A stretch of DNA of 64,000 nt from positions 29,407,481 to 29,471,480 of the forward strand of contig JARDVH010000121.1 in the NCBI GenBank assembly GCA_030324005.1. The letters are read 5' to 3'. A program made the position numbers and the translations under genes. How positions within the stretch are numbered: position 1 is the first letter of the stretch; each line of letters begins with the position of its first letter. Of the stretch, positions 1-13,395 are shown in pieces. This DNA comes from Negaprion brevirostris (taxonomy: Eukaryota). The notes below the pieces were generated by a model, which worked only from the letters and a program-made list of their open reading frames with translations, had not been told where the DNA came from and did not search any database.

Positions 1-301
1 GTATTGTCTCCAGCCAGGACAATTAGTGAGATTTTGCAAGCCCAGGCAAGTCGTGGGGGTTACAGATAGTGTGACGTGAACCCAAGATCCCGGTTGAGGC
101 CATCCTCATGTGTGCAGAACTTGGTTATCAATCTCTGCTCAGTGACTCTGCATTGTCGTGTGTCGTGAAGGCCGCCTTGGAGAACGCTTACCCAAAGATC
201 AGAGGCCGAGTGCCCATGACCGCTGAAGTGTTCCCCAACAGGAAGAGAACACTCTTGCCTGGTGATGGTCCAGCGGTATTCATTCATCCGTTGTCGTAGC
301 A
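1..301 (-). mobile_element. Penelope-like element (PLE) fragment, inverted pseudo-LTR/GIY-YIG C-terminal part (family A)
   Basis: ORF 60..332(-) encodes LRQRMNEY..TITRQECSLPVGEHFSGHGHS..LQGGL..EQRLITKF.THEDGLNRD, the GIY-YIG endonuclease C-terminus typical of PLEs. It is the reverse complement of ~768-1068. Confidence 0.85.
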
Positions 302-304
302 TCA

Positions 305-1105
305 CAGCAGGTTTGTCATAGCGAAAAACCACACTGAGCTCCTCAAAAGATAAACACGGGACATGGCGGATAGAGTATCCTTCGTCGTCCAGTACTTGCC
401 TGAAGCGGAAAAGCTACAACATTTTCTCCGGCGCCTTCAACATATCATTGATGAAGACGAACAACTCGCCAAGGCCACCCCCACACCCCCACTTCTTACT
501 TTCAAACAACCGTACAACTTCAAACAGACCATTGTCCGTAGCAAACTACCCAATCTTCAGGAGAACAGTGACCATGACACCTCACTCCTAACACAGCAAC
601 CTCTGCAAGATGTGCTGGATCATCGACACAAATGCCATCATCTCACATGAGAACACCATCCACCAGGAACATGGTACGTACACTTGCAACTTGGTTAACG
701 TTGTTTACCTGATATGCTGCAGGAAAGGATGTCCCAAGGTATGGTACACCGAGGAGGCCATGAAGGCGCTACAACAACACATGATGAATGAACATGGCTC
801 GACAATCACCAGGCAAGAGTGCTCTCTTCCTGTTGGGGAACACTTCAATGGTGACTGGCATTCGGCCTCTCATCTTCGGGTAAGCATTCTCCAAGGCGGC
901 TTTCATGACACATAACAGCGCAGAGCTGCGGAGCGCAAACTGATAGCCAAGTTCCGCACACAAGGCTGGCCTCAACTGGGACCTTGTGTTCATGTCACAC
1001 TGTCTGTAACCCCCACGACTTGCCTGGGCTTGCAAAATCTCACTAACTGTCCTGGCTAGAAATAATACACATTTCTTTAACCTGGTGTTGTGAAACTTCT
1101 TCCTG
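305..1105 (+). mobile_element. Penelope-like element 3' part (RT thumb/linker plus GIY-YIG endonuclease), frameshifted
   Basis: ORFs 363..650 and 610..915 contain FKQPYNFKQTIVRSKL, YTCNLVNVVYLICCRKGCPKVWY.EE and LPVGEHFNGDWHS. The reading frame is broken by frameshifts and stops. Confidence 0.85.
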
Positions 1106-1308
1106 TAGTCAGGTTAGAATGGGTGACATCCGCATGCCTACCTCACCCATCCACTACAACTCTCCATTCACTTGTCACCAGAGATTTGATTTCTCCAAAG
1201 ATCTCCTTCCTTGCGTCAAGAGCCCCGTGCTACAGAAACACAAATTCATGTCCTGTCCTATGACTTCTCACCCTTTAGATCTGCTTACATATACAAGCCA
1301 TTCTTGTC

Positions 1309-1310
<2 letters not shown>

Positions 1311-1348
<38 letters not shown>
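1311..1348. repeat. (GT)19 microsatellite
   Basis: Uninterrupted GT dinucleotide run. Confidence 0.97.
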
Positions 1349-1353
<5 letters not shown>

Positions 1354-1842
1354 CTCGACATTAGGAAAGGCACAATGGCCAGAAACACACATGCACTCAT
1401 ACAGGATAATAGTCTCATGGACATTTGGAGTAATCCCATGAATGTCCCAATTCCCCCCAATTAACTTAGTAAACTAGGGCCTGGGATCTTCTGTCCTGTA
1501 TTAATGTTTTAATCAGTTGACTTTCAGAATTAATTGACATTTCCAATCAGTTAAAGTGAGCAAAGCAATTACGTGAACAGTGACATTTAAATGTGGAGAA
1601 TTAACCTATCACATAATTATTTTTTTAAAAAAACTAATGAAATCTTCATTGCTTCTTGAAATTGCCTAGCCGAGCAATGGAAATGATTCATGCTGGACAA
1701 CATCAATGCATAAAAAATCCTGAAGTGTGAATGTCCAGTTTATATTTCTTATATGGATAACTCCAGATAAATGTAGCAATTCAGCAGAATAATCTACAAA
1801 TGTACTTGTTTAAAACTCCATTTTATTCAAGTGTTAGCTTTC

Positions 1843-2140
1843 AGGTGACATGGTGTCACAGTGGTTAGCACTGCTGCCTCACAGTGCCAGGGGCCCAGGT
1901 TCAATTCCTGGCGTGGGTCACTGTCTGTGTGGTGTTTGCAGATTCTCCCCGTGTCTGCATGGTTTCCTCCGGGTGCTCCACAGCTTTGTTGGTTAGACAA
2001 ATTGGCCAGGCTAAATTCTCCCTCAGCATACCCAAACAGGCGCCAGAGTGTGGCAACTAAGGGATTTTCACAGTAACTTCATTGCAGTGTTAACGTTAGT
2101 GTCATCTACTTGTGACACTAATAAATAAACTTAAAAAAAA
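1843..2140 (+). mobile_element. HE1-like tRNA-derived SINE, tail type A
   Basis: A-box head TGGTGTCACAGTGGTTAGCACTGCTGCCTCACAG, B-box GGTTCAATTCC, tail ...CTACTTGTGACACTAATAAATAAAC. Several copies in the window. Confidence 0.85.
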
Positions 2141-2629
2141 CTTAATTATTTATGCACAGCTTCTATTTTCAGTTATGTTCACCTTTTAAAGTCTTTCTGA
2201 AGTCATTCTCCGAAGAAAATTGTCTGTGAGCAGACCATGTGTCGATTATATTCCTGATAGCCCGTTGGTGAAGAAAGAAATCAAAGCCAGTCTTTAGAAT
2301 AGATTTTATTCAGAGTGAAAATTTATTAGTATATATTTCTGAATCACACTCTACCCCTGTATAAGTAGGTGTCTATTTATGATTTTCTTAAACCAAATGA
2401 ACAAATATTAAGGCATTTAAAACAACTTAAAGAGGCACTGTATCAAAAAAAAACTTCAAAAGGAAACTGATCAAAATTAATTAAAATAGGGCGCTTGGGA
2501 TGAATTATGCACTCCAGCCACTGCAATGTTCACTGGTCAAGGAATGCCTCAAGTGTACAAACAGACACCATGTGCTCCTTCTCCAAGTGCACCAATATGC
2601 AAAGGTGTCTCTTTGTACTCTTTTGAACG

Positions 2630-3060
2630 AGAAGCAGGAGTGGGCAAATTCAGTTCCCAAAGCTTCTCTGCCATTTAATATCACAACTGACCTCAGCTAG
2701 GCCTCAACACCATTTTCCTGCCGATTCTTCATAAGCCTTCAACCCATTATTAATTAAAAATCTGTCTATCTCCTCATTAAATGTACTCAATGTCCTGGCA
2801 TCCACCATACTCTCGGGTAGTGAATGCCACAGATTCATGACCCTTGGAGTGAAGTAGTTTCTCTTCATCTCTGTTTTAAATCTACTATCTTTATCCTAAA
2901 ACTATGACCTCTCACTTTAGATTGCCCCACAAAAGGAAACCTCAATCTCTATCCTGTCAATCCCCTTTAGTATCCTATATACCTCAATTATCCCCTCATT
3001 CTTCTACACTCTAAAGAACGTAGGCCTAAACTGCTCCATCTGTCTTCATGAGACAAATCC
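2630..3060 (-). mobile_element. CR1-clade LINE 3' fragment
   Basis: Reverse strand resembles the CR1 ORF2 C-terminus and 3' UTR seen at 26095-26740. Confidence 0.7.
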
Positions 3061-4908
3061 CATGGCTGGAATTTTATCACCTTGCCTGCCGTGGGAAATC
3101 AGGGTGGGTGAGGGGCGGACAATAGGAAGGTCCATTGACTTTGAGTGGAATTTTAGATTCTTTCCCAATGCAGTGACATAACCTCGTTGAGGTGCCATGA
3201 CAGAGTAACCAGATTTGCATATTTAAATCTTAATTTAAATAAGCATTTCCGGGTTTTAGCCAGATTCAGCTGGCTCCTAGTATTCACTTACTGCCGGCAT
3301 AATGGGAAGCTAGTGAGAACCACTACTGGGTGTCCACAAATGGAGACTAGATGTGATGGCCATGTTTGGTGGGTGGCTCAGAGGTCATTGCAGCCCTTGG
3401 TGGCGAGAGACATGGTTGGACAGTGCACATCCCCTTCATAGCGTGAATCACCCAATCTCCAAAGATATTGGCTGGGATTCTCCAGTCCTGCTGCTACAAA
3501 TGGAGATTGGCCGAGAACCAAATTCCCCATTCTCACTGGCAGTTATGGCAGGACACACAACATTGGAGGATCCGACTGTTGCCTAAGTGTGACTGAATTG
3601 CGATCTGAAACATGCCAAGCCACCTTGTGGGAATCACAACTCTTCTCCTGCCAGGCATCACACAGAAATCTTTTTGGGAGAATTGCACAATATCATGCAC
3701 TGATCAAGATTAAACCAAAATAACAAAAACTTAAGGCCAGCTATAAGGACGAATATTTATTTGCAGAGAGAGTTGATTGTCTAATGGTTTGATTCAGCTT
3801 TTGCACTGGGATGCTCTCCCATCAATCCCACTCCATTTTCTTCTCTTGAGTTAATGGCTCACATACAATGACTGTCTCATATTTGTAAAGGACTCTGTTA
3901 CCTCACTCAGGAGTAAATGTCATCATTTATCACCTAAGTCAGTGAACATTAGGGGATTATTCAACTTGGGCTGGGGCGGGGGGCATCGCATTTTGAAATT
4001 CCAACACGTCCTCATCTGTCAATCAGTCATGCAATTTGTCACAGGGATCACTGGATAAGAATCAGCAATGATCACCCATAGCTAATTGTTTTCCTTCCTG
4101 TGGCAATGTGATCAATTGTCAACCACCTGCCACAGACAAAGGATCCCATTTGGCATCTGCCAGCTCTGTACGGTCTGGTACAAAAAAAATGTCCCAAAGC
4201 ACTTAACAACTAATGAATCACTGTTATATGGGCAATTTATGTCAGGTTATACTGATGTACTATAGCTCTGTTCAATAAATATACTGTCAAATGAAATGAA
4301 AGAAGATGATTTGATGGTAATAAGTTGCTTTGGTCAACAGTTCTCCACAAAATGAAACATGAAGTCATGCCCCCAGATTTTGTTGCCTTTTTTTTCCCAT
4401 TGCAAGTTTGCTTTGCAATTTACTGTATTGGCTATGTAAAGACATATTTTACTTTGTATTACTAAGCAAAACGACATTCAAATAGCCCCGGTTCATCATT
4501 ATAAGAAATGCTGAATAGTAAAAAAGGTGTTGCTTGCTATATCTGCCATAGCTCTGTAAATATTTGTGGGTCGGAGGACAATAAGAATGACTAGATTCTC
4601 CTCCCACACTCACACCCCATCCCCTTCACAACCCAAGAGCTCATGACAGTTCAGTACCACTCCTTGAAATCATCAAGAATCAGGAAAGCATGGTGGCTGA
4701 ACAGCAAGGTTTATTCCTGTCGTGGGAAACTTGGCTTTGTACCTCAATTTTTAAGCACCCTACCTATGAGCTGCTGGATCAGAGTACCTGAAACAATAAT
4801 GACAACATGCAAGATAATGCAAGGCTGCCAACCATCCTTGCAAAATCATTTATGAACAGATAAAGCACAATTAATCTTTGATTAAAAATACTGATCTACA
4901 GTTTATAA

Positions 4909-5750
4909 TGGGGGCGATTTTCTGACCTGAACACGCCTGGCGCAGAACAACAGCAGACCCAGAAAACAGAATGCGGGCCTAAAAATCGGTTTCACGCCCA
5001 ACGCCAAACCCTTGGCAATCACCCTGGTTCCTTTCTAAAGATGCAAACCAGATCAGGCCCAAAAAGGATGCAAGGCTGATTAGCACTTAAATACTCTTAG
5101 CTCATTTGATACCGGGTTCTCCAAGCTCCTGGGATCTTTGAACCTTTGGACATGAAGTCAGTCAGAATCAATACTGGCCTCCACTTGCGGAGATCAGGCA
5201 TGATGGACACGCTGGGGGCTCAGAGACCATTGAAGCATTTGAGTGCTCGGGGGCATGGCTGGACAGTGCCCATCTGGTACACTGACAGTACCCACCAGGC
5301 AGCCTGGCAGTGACAGTTGGGCACTGCCAGTGTACCAGGGCTGAGACATGGAGGACATTATGATGGGGGAGGCGTGGCCTCAACACCCAAATTCTGACGA
5401 GCCATTTCGGGGATGCAGTAGAGAAAGATGTCACCAATGGGGGAGGGGGTGGCGGTGATGTCCCAATCTCACTGGGGAGAGAGGGGGGGGGGTCTCCCAG
5501 TGCACTGTGAGATCAAAACACCCTTGCAAAATGGCACCTAAGCACACTCAGCCTGGCTCACTGGCCCCCAACCACCCTCCCTCCCCTTTGTACCAGTGCA
5601 CATCTCACCATTCTCCAAAAAAGTAGCTCGAGTGTGAGATGATAGCAGTGCGGAGCGTGCCTGATAGACTGGCATGGATCACTCCTGCATTTCTCTAGGA
5701 TGCAACCTTACAAAAAAAAAATAAGTGCCAAACAAGTGAGAAAATGAGAT
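4909..5750. mobile_element. GC-rich non-autonomous DNA-transposon-like repeat (probably PIF/Harbinger-derived)
   Basis: Starts GGGGGCGATTTTCTGACC. Shares blocks in inverted orientation with 7420-8250 and similar blocks with 33060-33940 and 40540-41670. Confidence 0.5.
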
Positions 5751-6279
5751 TTTCAAACTTTTTTTGTGTGAATTTAAAAATGCAATTTTATGTAACTTCT
5801 TTGAACACATGTGATTCTCACCAATGGGAGCACAGCCTAATCTCGTCAGTGAAGCCAGCTCCAGACTGCACGGGGCACTTTCTGCAAGCTGGTAAGATCA
5901 CGTTCTATGATTTGTTTGGGGAAAACTCTATCCAATGTCTTCCTGATTCGGAGGGGGGGTGGNNNNNNNNNNNNNNNNNNNNNNNNNNNNNNNNNNNNNN
6001 NNNNNNNNNNNNNNNNNNNNNNNNNNNNNNNNNNNNNNNNNNNNNNNNNNNNNNNNNNNNNNNNNNNNNNNNNNNNNNNNNNNNNNNNNNNNNNNNNNNN
6101 NNNNNNNNNNNNNNNNNNNNNNNNNNNNNAATTGCCCCTTAGTGTCCAAATTGGCATTAGTGTCATTCAGTGCAAAACAGGCCCTTTTGCCCATCAAGTC
6201 TGCGCCAACATATCTACCACTAAAGGCACAGTAATTCTGTTTTCCAGATTAGTTGGATTAGCCATGGATAATGTGCAGA

Positions 6280-6580
6280 GCTACTCTTTGCCACAGAAGA
6301 CTGTAGAGGCTAGGTCATTGAGTGTCTTTAAGACAGAGATAGATAGGGCCTTGATGGATAAGGGGATCAGGGGTTATGGGGAACAGGCAGGGGAATGGTG
6401 ATGAGAAAGATATCAGCATGACTGAATGGCAGAGCAGACTCGATGGGCCAAGTGGCCTAATTCTACTCCTATGTCTTATAGTCACAAGGATGGACCTGGC
6501 TAAGGTTATCTTTCGGAGAGCTGCTGCAGACTCGATGGGCAGAATGGCCTCCTTCTGGACTGTAGGGGTTCTATGGTTTC
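6280..6580 (+). mobile_element. CR1 3' end followed by a SINE/CR1-type tail
   Basis: Encodes SLPQKTVEARSLSVFKTEIDRALMDKGIRGYG, then the GACTCGATGGGCC..AATGGCCT tail twice. Confidence 0.75.
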
Positions 6581-7419
6581 TAATGTTTTTATTTAAATAC
6601 ATTATTACACTTACAATACATGTTGTGTAATTTTCCTATAAATTTAACAAAGCATTTTTTTTACATAAAGACATTCCTATATCAGTGCCGACTAAAAGTG
6701 AATTGTCATTCAATTTAACATCTGTCTGATGAGTTCAGACACTTTTAGGTCAAAAAAATCAAAAGTCTGTCAATAGGAGAATGTTAGGCTCAATCAAGGC
6801 ATCATTTGTAATTCTTAACGTGGCTCCAGTCCACAGATGAAGGGTCATTAAAATGAGTCAGGATAAGGCAGCCTAGAGGTTGTGATTTTAAATCTCACCC
6901 TGGCAGCTGTGAAATTGAAATCAATAAATCTGGTCATTTGTAGGATGATATTAGATGAAAAAAAAGTGCCCATGAAAGCTGGTTCAAAAGTGTCCTTCAG
7001 AGAAGGAAACCAACTATCTTTCCCCAGTCTCCCTTACATGTTACTCTCATCTCACACTTGCTTGATTCTTAATGTGCTTAAGTAATCGAGGGAATAAATG
7101 TTGCCCTGTACAATAATTATTTTTAAGGGCTGTCATAAAGAAATTGTCATCTGATAAATGAAGCCATCATTCATCATGTCCTGAATTTGGCATTCATTTC
7201 AGAGTCAATTTTTCCACAAAATACTCACGTTAGGTATTTCTAATCCAAAGACACTTTTCTTTTCCACAGCTAACTCTGATTATGAGGACGCAATGACCTC
7301 TGAGAAACTTGCAAAGGAAATTTCATGGTGTCAGAGAGAAGTGCAAACATTGTTGTAAATTCAAAGATCAAGAAAAACAAAGTGACGTAACGGCAAGAAA
7401 AGCAGAGCGATCTACACCA

Positions 7420-8252
7420 GTCTGTCCAGCAGACTCTAGAACGCAATCATCCCACATTCCATAATTTTTAGGAGAGTGACGGGTTTGATGCTGGTTCTCT
7501 GGGGAGGGAGTAGCAATGGTTTAAAGGACACCCTAATCTCACAGGGGACCCCTCTTTCCTCAACAGACATCACAAAACCCCAGCCCCAGCACCCCCCTCA
7601 TCAGTGGCATGTTTCCTAGCCTCTCCCGTGTATTGCCAGCATTGGGGCCCTCCCAATGGGTCCCCTTCATGATCCCCAACATGCCCCTCTCATGCTCCAC
7701 CTCTGCATGACCCTCCACTTCAAGCTCCACCCTGCAATGATCCCCCTCTACAGGCCCTCCATCACAGGCCCCTCTGTCACAGACCCCACCCCCTCTACAA
7801 CTCAAGCCCCATCGTGTTGGCATTGCCCTAGGCACACTTGCAATGCCTCACTGGCATGCCAGGGTGCTAGGGAGCCAGGAGAGCACTGCCCAGCCACATC
7901 CACAACCACCCAAGCACTTCAATGGTCTCTGAACTCCCTGGCATGACCACTGTGACTGATCTCTGCTCATGGAGACCAATGATTCTCACTGGCTTTGTGC
8001 CACACCCTAAGATCAGATGGTTCCAGAAGCTGGGAGAATCCAGCGTCGAACTGGCTATGGATATTTAAACTCTCCTTTAAATATGATAATCAGCCTTGCA
8101 CCCCTTCTGGGAGCAATCCGGTGTGCACCATTAGAAACGGTCCAATAGGACTGCAAACTGCTTGACATGAAACTGATTTTTAGGTCTGCATGCTATTTTC
8201 CTGGAATTGGCATAATCTATGCCAGGCACAGTGAGGTCAGAAAATCACCCCG
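7420..8252. mobile_element. GC-rich non-autonomous DNA-transposon-like repeat
   Basis: Ends GGTCAGAAAATCACCCC, close to the reverse complement of the 4909 terminus. Confidence 0.5.
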
Positions 8253-8834
8253 AAGGGAACTGAAATCTTGCTGGAAATTTCACCCAGGAGCTACATCTGT
8301 CTGTGTGTCTGGAATGCAGACCAGGACCACAGTTAATGACAACCTCATGGTCAACTGGTGGCTAAACAAGATCATGTTAATGCCACTTACAAATAAAAGG
8401 GGAAAGAAAATCAACAATTGAGTTTCATAATGGAAATACCACAATCTACTTATCTGTAACTGATATGGTTTTGAATGCCATTTTGTTTCTGACTCGAGCT
8501 GTCACTCCTTAATGGTGTGTAATAGCATTCTCACAATATGTTGGCTTGTACAGAATGTGCAATCAGCCTCCAGGAAGTATTTAGCATGTGTGAATCAAAA
8601 TTACATCATTATAAACCAGTTATTTAAAGATCAAATGAGTAATCTGAAAGTTTCTTGAGTGAGTAATTATTTTCAAATAAAAGAGTGTCGCTTAATAATA
8701 GAATCTTAAGATGACTGTTTAGTCTCAGTAAGGTCCTGAGTAAAATGCTGGGTTCATTATTTCTGTACATTATCAATGGAGGATAAAGTTTCGAGCTTAA
8801 TTAACAACACCAACTCTCAACGCAACTTTGAGGA

Positions 8835-9250
8835 GATACAGGCAAGATACTGCAGATGTTGGAATCTGAAACAAAAACAGAAAATGCTGGAAAATCTCAG
8901 TAGGTCTGACAGTATCAGTGGAGGGAGAGTAGAACCAATGTTTTGAAACTGGATGACCCTTCATCAGAGAAAATAAGTCAAGATTTACACTGAGGGACTT
9001 AGACTGGGTGACTGCTTTGCAGAACATCTTTGGTCCGTCCGCAAGCAGGACACAGACCTTCCTGTCGCTTGCCACTTCAACACACCACCCTACTCTCCTG
9101 TCCATCCTTGGCCTTTTGTAGTGTTCCAGTGAACCCCAACACAAACTGGAGGAACAGCACTTCATCTTCTGATTGAATACCTTACAGCCTTCCAGACTGA
9201 ACACTGAGTTCAACAACGTCAGAATATGAACTCTCCCTCCCACCTTCACC
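8835..9250 (+). mobile_element. Penelope-like element family B: inverted pLTR piece (8835-8970) plus GIY-YIG C-terminus (8995-9230)
   Basis: Plus-strand RLGDCFAEHLWSVRKQDTDLPVACHFNT...KLEEQHFIF*LNTLQPSRLNTEFNN. The upstream minus-strand segment carries CTGATGAAGGGTCATCCAG, a hammerhead remnant. Confidence 0.75.
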
Positions 9251-10100
9251 CCATTTCCATTTTATTTTACTTCCTTTCTTCTTTTCATCTCATCCGTACA
9301 CTTGTATCACTTTTCATTCCTACTTCTATTTTTCCACTTCCCAACCTTGTTCTCTACCTTAACTCCCATATTTTATATTCTCTCTGGTAAATGGAAATAC
9401 ACAAAGCAAATAAAAAAACATTTTTTTAACATCCCAATGTTATCATGGAGATTGATCTTCAATTCCAGGCCAATCCTGGATGGTGGACGACACTACACAG
9501 CCCCCTCCAAATCCAGCCAAGTTCATCTACCCTGCTCCCCATTCCACCCCAACCATCCTATTTTACCTTACACATCAATATCCCCATGGACAATTAAATC
9601 ACATTTAGCTGTTAGCTTTGGCATTCAAAACCTATGTTTTTAAAGTAATGGAATATTTAGATTTTATAATATCAACAATCCTTGTGTTTTTTTTCAATCT
9701 TGTTCATTGTGTTATATTTTGTAAATACTACAAGTGTATATTTATGATTGGGGGGAAAAAAAGGAGTCAGCTGGAGTTTTCATTAATTCCCACTTCGATT
9801 TTGCTCTTAGGACTGGCAGCTGTGTGTTCTCAAATGAATTGACTAGAGTTAAGATTTATAATTCTAAAGAAAAGCTTTGGATACCAAAAGAAAAGATAAA
9901 ATATTCCTCCTGATCAATGTAATTCTTGGAGGGATGATGATAGCAGTGTTGACCGGGATTTCTTCAGAATTATTCCTATAGATTCAAACACTTCCAATGG
10001 AGATAGTCCTCGGTACACCCATTGTCATTAAATCACGGGACTTAAATGTGCATGTTCACTTTTGGATTGCAGCAGAGTAATACAGTTGAACTAATTAACT

Positions 10101-10542
10101 ATGGCTTCCTGTACAATTCTACCTGCAAAGAAACTACAAAGGTTTCTGAATGAAGACCAACTCATCACGCAAATCAGCCTCCCATCTTTTGACTCTGCCT
10201 ACACTTCTGGCTGCCTCAGAAAAGCAGCCAGTATAATTAAGGACCCCACACACCCTGGACATATTCTCTTCCACCTTTTCCTATTGGGAAAAAGATACAA
10301 ATGTCTGAGGTCACGTGCCAAACCATTTAAGAACAGCTTTTTCCCTGCTGCCATCAGACTTTTGAATGAACCTACCTCACATTAAGTAGATCTTTCTCCA
10401 CACCTTAGCTATGACTGTAACATTACATTTTGCACTCTCACCTTTTCTTGTCTCTGAATGGTATGCTTTGTCGATATAAAGCACAAGAAACAATACTTTT
10501 CGCTGTGTACTAATACATGTGGCAATATTAAATCATATCAAA
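10101..10542 (+). mobile_element. Rex1/Babar LINE 3' fragment
   Basis: CLRKAASIIKDPTHPGHILFHLFLLGKRYKCLRSRAKPFKNSFFPAAIRLLN is the characteristic Rex1 ORF C-terminus, followed by a 3' UTR. Confidence 0.85.
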
Positions 10543-10849
10543 CTCCCTTTGCCAGCTATTAGTAGTCATGCCACCAGCTGCCTACACCACCAACCCAAAA
10601 GGTTCTCTCTAAATCCATCCTCTCCCCTCTCCTTGACCATCCTCTGTATAACCCGTTACTTCTGATCACCCCATGTATTGTTTCTTCCTTTGGCCAGCAA
10701 CTATTTTGTTCTCCATACCTGCAAAGTGCCTTGAAGTTGACAGTTCTTTGTTAATCTAAGTTCTGGATGGTACAATGTTAGACATTGCACCTCATAGACC
10801 AGCTTCACATTTAGACCAGACTGAGGGAATGAAATTCTGAGGCCCCTCA

Positions 10850-10937
10850 GCTAAACACCTTTTGTCTGACTCCTGGTGCATGGAAATCTGCAGCGCTAAA
10901 CACCTTTTGTCTGACTCCTGGTGCATGGAAATCTGCA
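10850..10937. repeat. Perfect 43-bp direct tandem duplication (period 45)
   Basis: GCTAAACACCTTTTGTCTGACTCCTGGTGCATGGAAATCTGCA at 10850-10892 and 10895-10937. Confidence 0.95.
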
Positions 10938-12087
10938 CGGTTTAGAAGCTTCATTCACCAAACTCAGTACAGGAAATGCAAACTTTACGCTGAAGGGCGA
11001 AAGGAACAACATTGGGAATGACACAAGGAAGAAATGTGCATGCCCACAAATCACCTTTATCCACATTACTAGGATCCTTCCTTCCAAATGTCAATATTTA
11101 AGACATTTGCTTCACTGTCCTACGTTATAGTTAGCAGTGAAAAGTGATCATCTTTGAGCAGCGAGTGTTTTAAGCTTTCAACTGAAAAGCAAGTATAATA
11201 ATAAGCAATCTTCCAACTGAAAATCAGCATTAAACATGATACTCAACCCATGGTATCAGACATGTCAGAAGTTCTTTAACAATGTTGATAAAAAGTCGCA
11301 CACAAATGAGACAATTATGAGTTTATAGACACATGTTTGCACCTGAAGTATTGATGTTAGGTTTGTGGTTTTGTAACAGTAGGGGTGTTGAGTCTTTTGG
11401 GGACAGAGTTCTCATCAACATTTGGAGTGGTCATAGAGCATGGCAACATTGGGAAAGGGAACCAGGAAATGGCAGTACTTAATTGGATTCTCAGGTTCCA
11501 GCAGCAGTTTGAGGGAGATGCAGATTCAGGGAGCGCTGTGTAAGAGTCGGATAGTTCAAGGAACACCAAACAAGGAGATTTTAGGACCATTGAGTCTAAG
11601 TGAGGGAGTGTCAGAGGTTAGGACAATCAGAGCAGTTCTTGGATCAGACACCACTGGGTACATAGGCAAGGATTGTTGGATCGGTGTTTGTGAGGGTAAG
11701 GGCAGGAGGTACTGCCAGGAGTGTAGTGACAGTTTTGTGATTTGAGAAGGGAGACTTGAATGTTGGGGAGCTATAGTTACGCATCTGGAATATGCCAACA
11801 TTGATAGGTGAGCAGACTAATACAGGAGAGTGAGGCCCAGAACACCAATACCTTTCAGGCCCCAACCATTCATAATATTCTCATCTTTAGCCTCTCTGAG
11901 CCTTTCCCTCACCTTTTCCTTTCTTCAAGTACCTCTCCTCATCCGTTTCCTCCAAATATTCTTTATATGATCAGAATAAGACTGTACCACCCTGACACTC
12001 TTCAACGCCTGTTGACAAGATGGAAAGTTTAGCAATCTGTACATGCTCAGAATGCACAGATATGATTAAAACTGCTGGTGATTTTTC

Positions 12088-12440
12088 TAGAGTCATAGAG
12101 GTTTACAGCACAGAAGCAGGCGCTTCGGTTCAATTTGTCCATGCCACCCCTTTTTTTAACCCCCAAGCTAGTCCCAATTGCCCAAGTTTGGCCCACATCC
12201 CTCTAAACCCATCTTATCCATGTAACTATCTAAACACTTTTTAAAAGCCTCTATCACTATCTCTGACAGCTTGTTCCAGACACTCACCATCCTCTGAATG
12301 AAAGAATTGCCCTCCTAAACCCTTTTGTATCTTTCCCCTCTCACTTTAAACCTATGTCCTCGAGTTTTATACTCCCCTACCTTTGGGAAAAGATGTTGAC
12401 TATCTAACTGACCTATGCCCCTCATTATTTTATAGACCTC
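12088..12440 (-). mobile_element. CR1 LINE 3' end
   Basis: Reverse-complement similarity to 12900-13185 and 24550-24882. Confidence 0.8.
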
Positions 12441-12549
12441 AGTGGGAGTTTTTTATTACCTGCAAACTTGGAAATATTACATTTAATCTCCACATCCAAA
12501 TCATTGATGTAAACTATGAAGTGCTTGCGCCCAAGTACTGTATGGCGCT

Positions 12550-13395
12550 GTGGAGAGTTATACAGCAAAAGAGATCCAGGGGTCCAAGTTCATCGCTCCT
12601 TGACGGGTGGACAGAGTGGTGAAGAAAGAATTCAGCATGCTTGGTTTCGTTGCTCAGAACATTGAATACAGGAGTTAGACATCTTGTTGAAGTTGTGCAA
12701 GACATCGGTAAGGCCACATTTGGAATATTGTGTGCAATTCTGGTCGCCTTATTATAGAAAGGATATCATTAAACCAGAAAGAGTGCAGAAAAGATTTATT
12801 AGGATGCTATGAGACTTGATGATTTGAGTTATAAGGACAGGCTGGATAGACTGTGGATGTTCTCCGTGCAGCATAGGAGGCTTGGAGGTGATCTTACAGA
12901 GTTCTATAAAATAATGATGGGCGTAGATAATGTTGATAGNNNNNNNNNNCCAAAGGTAGGGGAGTCTAAAACGAGAGGCATCGGTTTATGGTGTGAGGGA
13001 AGAGGTACAAAAGTGTCCAGAGGGGCAATTTTTCACAGAGAGTGGTGAGTGTCTGGGATGAGCTGCCAAAGATAGTCGTAGAGGTAGGTAAAATTTTGTC
13101 TCTTAAAATGTGTTTAGATCGTTACACAGGTAAAGTGGATATAGAGGAATATGGACCAAACACAGGCAATTGGGACGAGCTCAGTAAACCAGGTGAGTGG
13201 AATCGGCTGCCATCAGTGGTGGTGGAGAGGAATTCGTTAGGGTCTTTTAAGAGACTTCTGGATGAGTACATGGGATTTAATGGGATTCAGGGTTATAGGT
13301 AGACCTCGTAGGTCGGGATATGATCAGCGCAACCTTTGGGCCAAAGGGCCTGTTTGCACTGTAGTTTTTTTCTATGTTTCTAAACCTCTGACTCT
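12550..13395 (+). mobile_element. CR1 ORF2 3' region with a second CR1-subfamily tail nested at ~13190-13380
   Basis: Encodes [38 protein letters not shown] and RRLGGDLTEFYKIM. Confidence 0.85.

Noticed and set aside
1855-1915. tRNA genes at the A/B-box-containing heads
   Set aside because: They are SINE heads that continue into SINE bodies and tails; no complete cloverleaf is evident.
5744-6401. Long ORFs spanning N-runs (also 23764-24309, 36474-36992, 51706-52059, 58817-59146)
   Set aside because: Artefacts of translating assembly gaps.
11350-11800. Possible L1/Tx1 ORF2 C-terminal remnant (..GPKISLFGVP) on the minus strand
   Set aside because: Similarity is too weak to support without a profile search.
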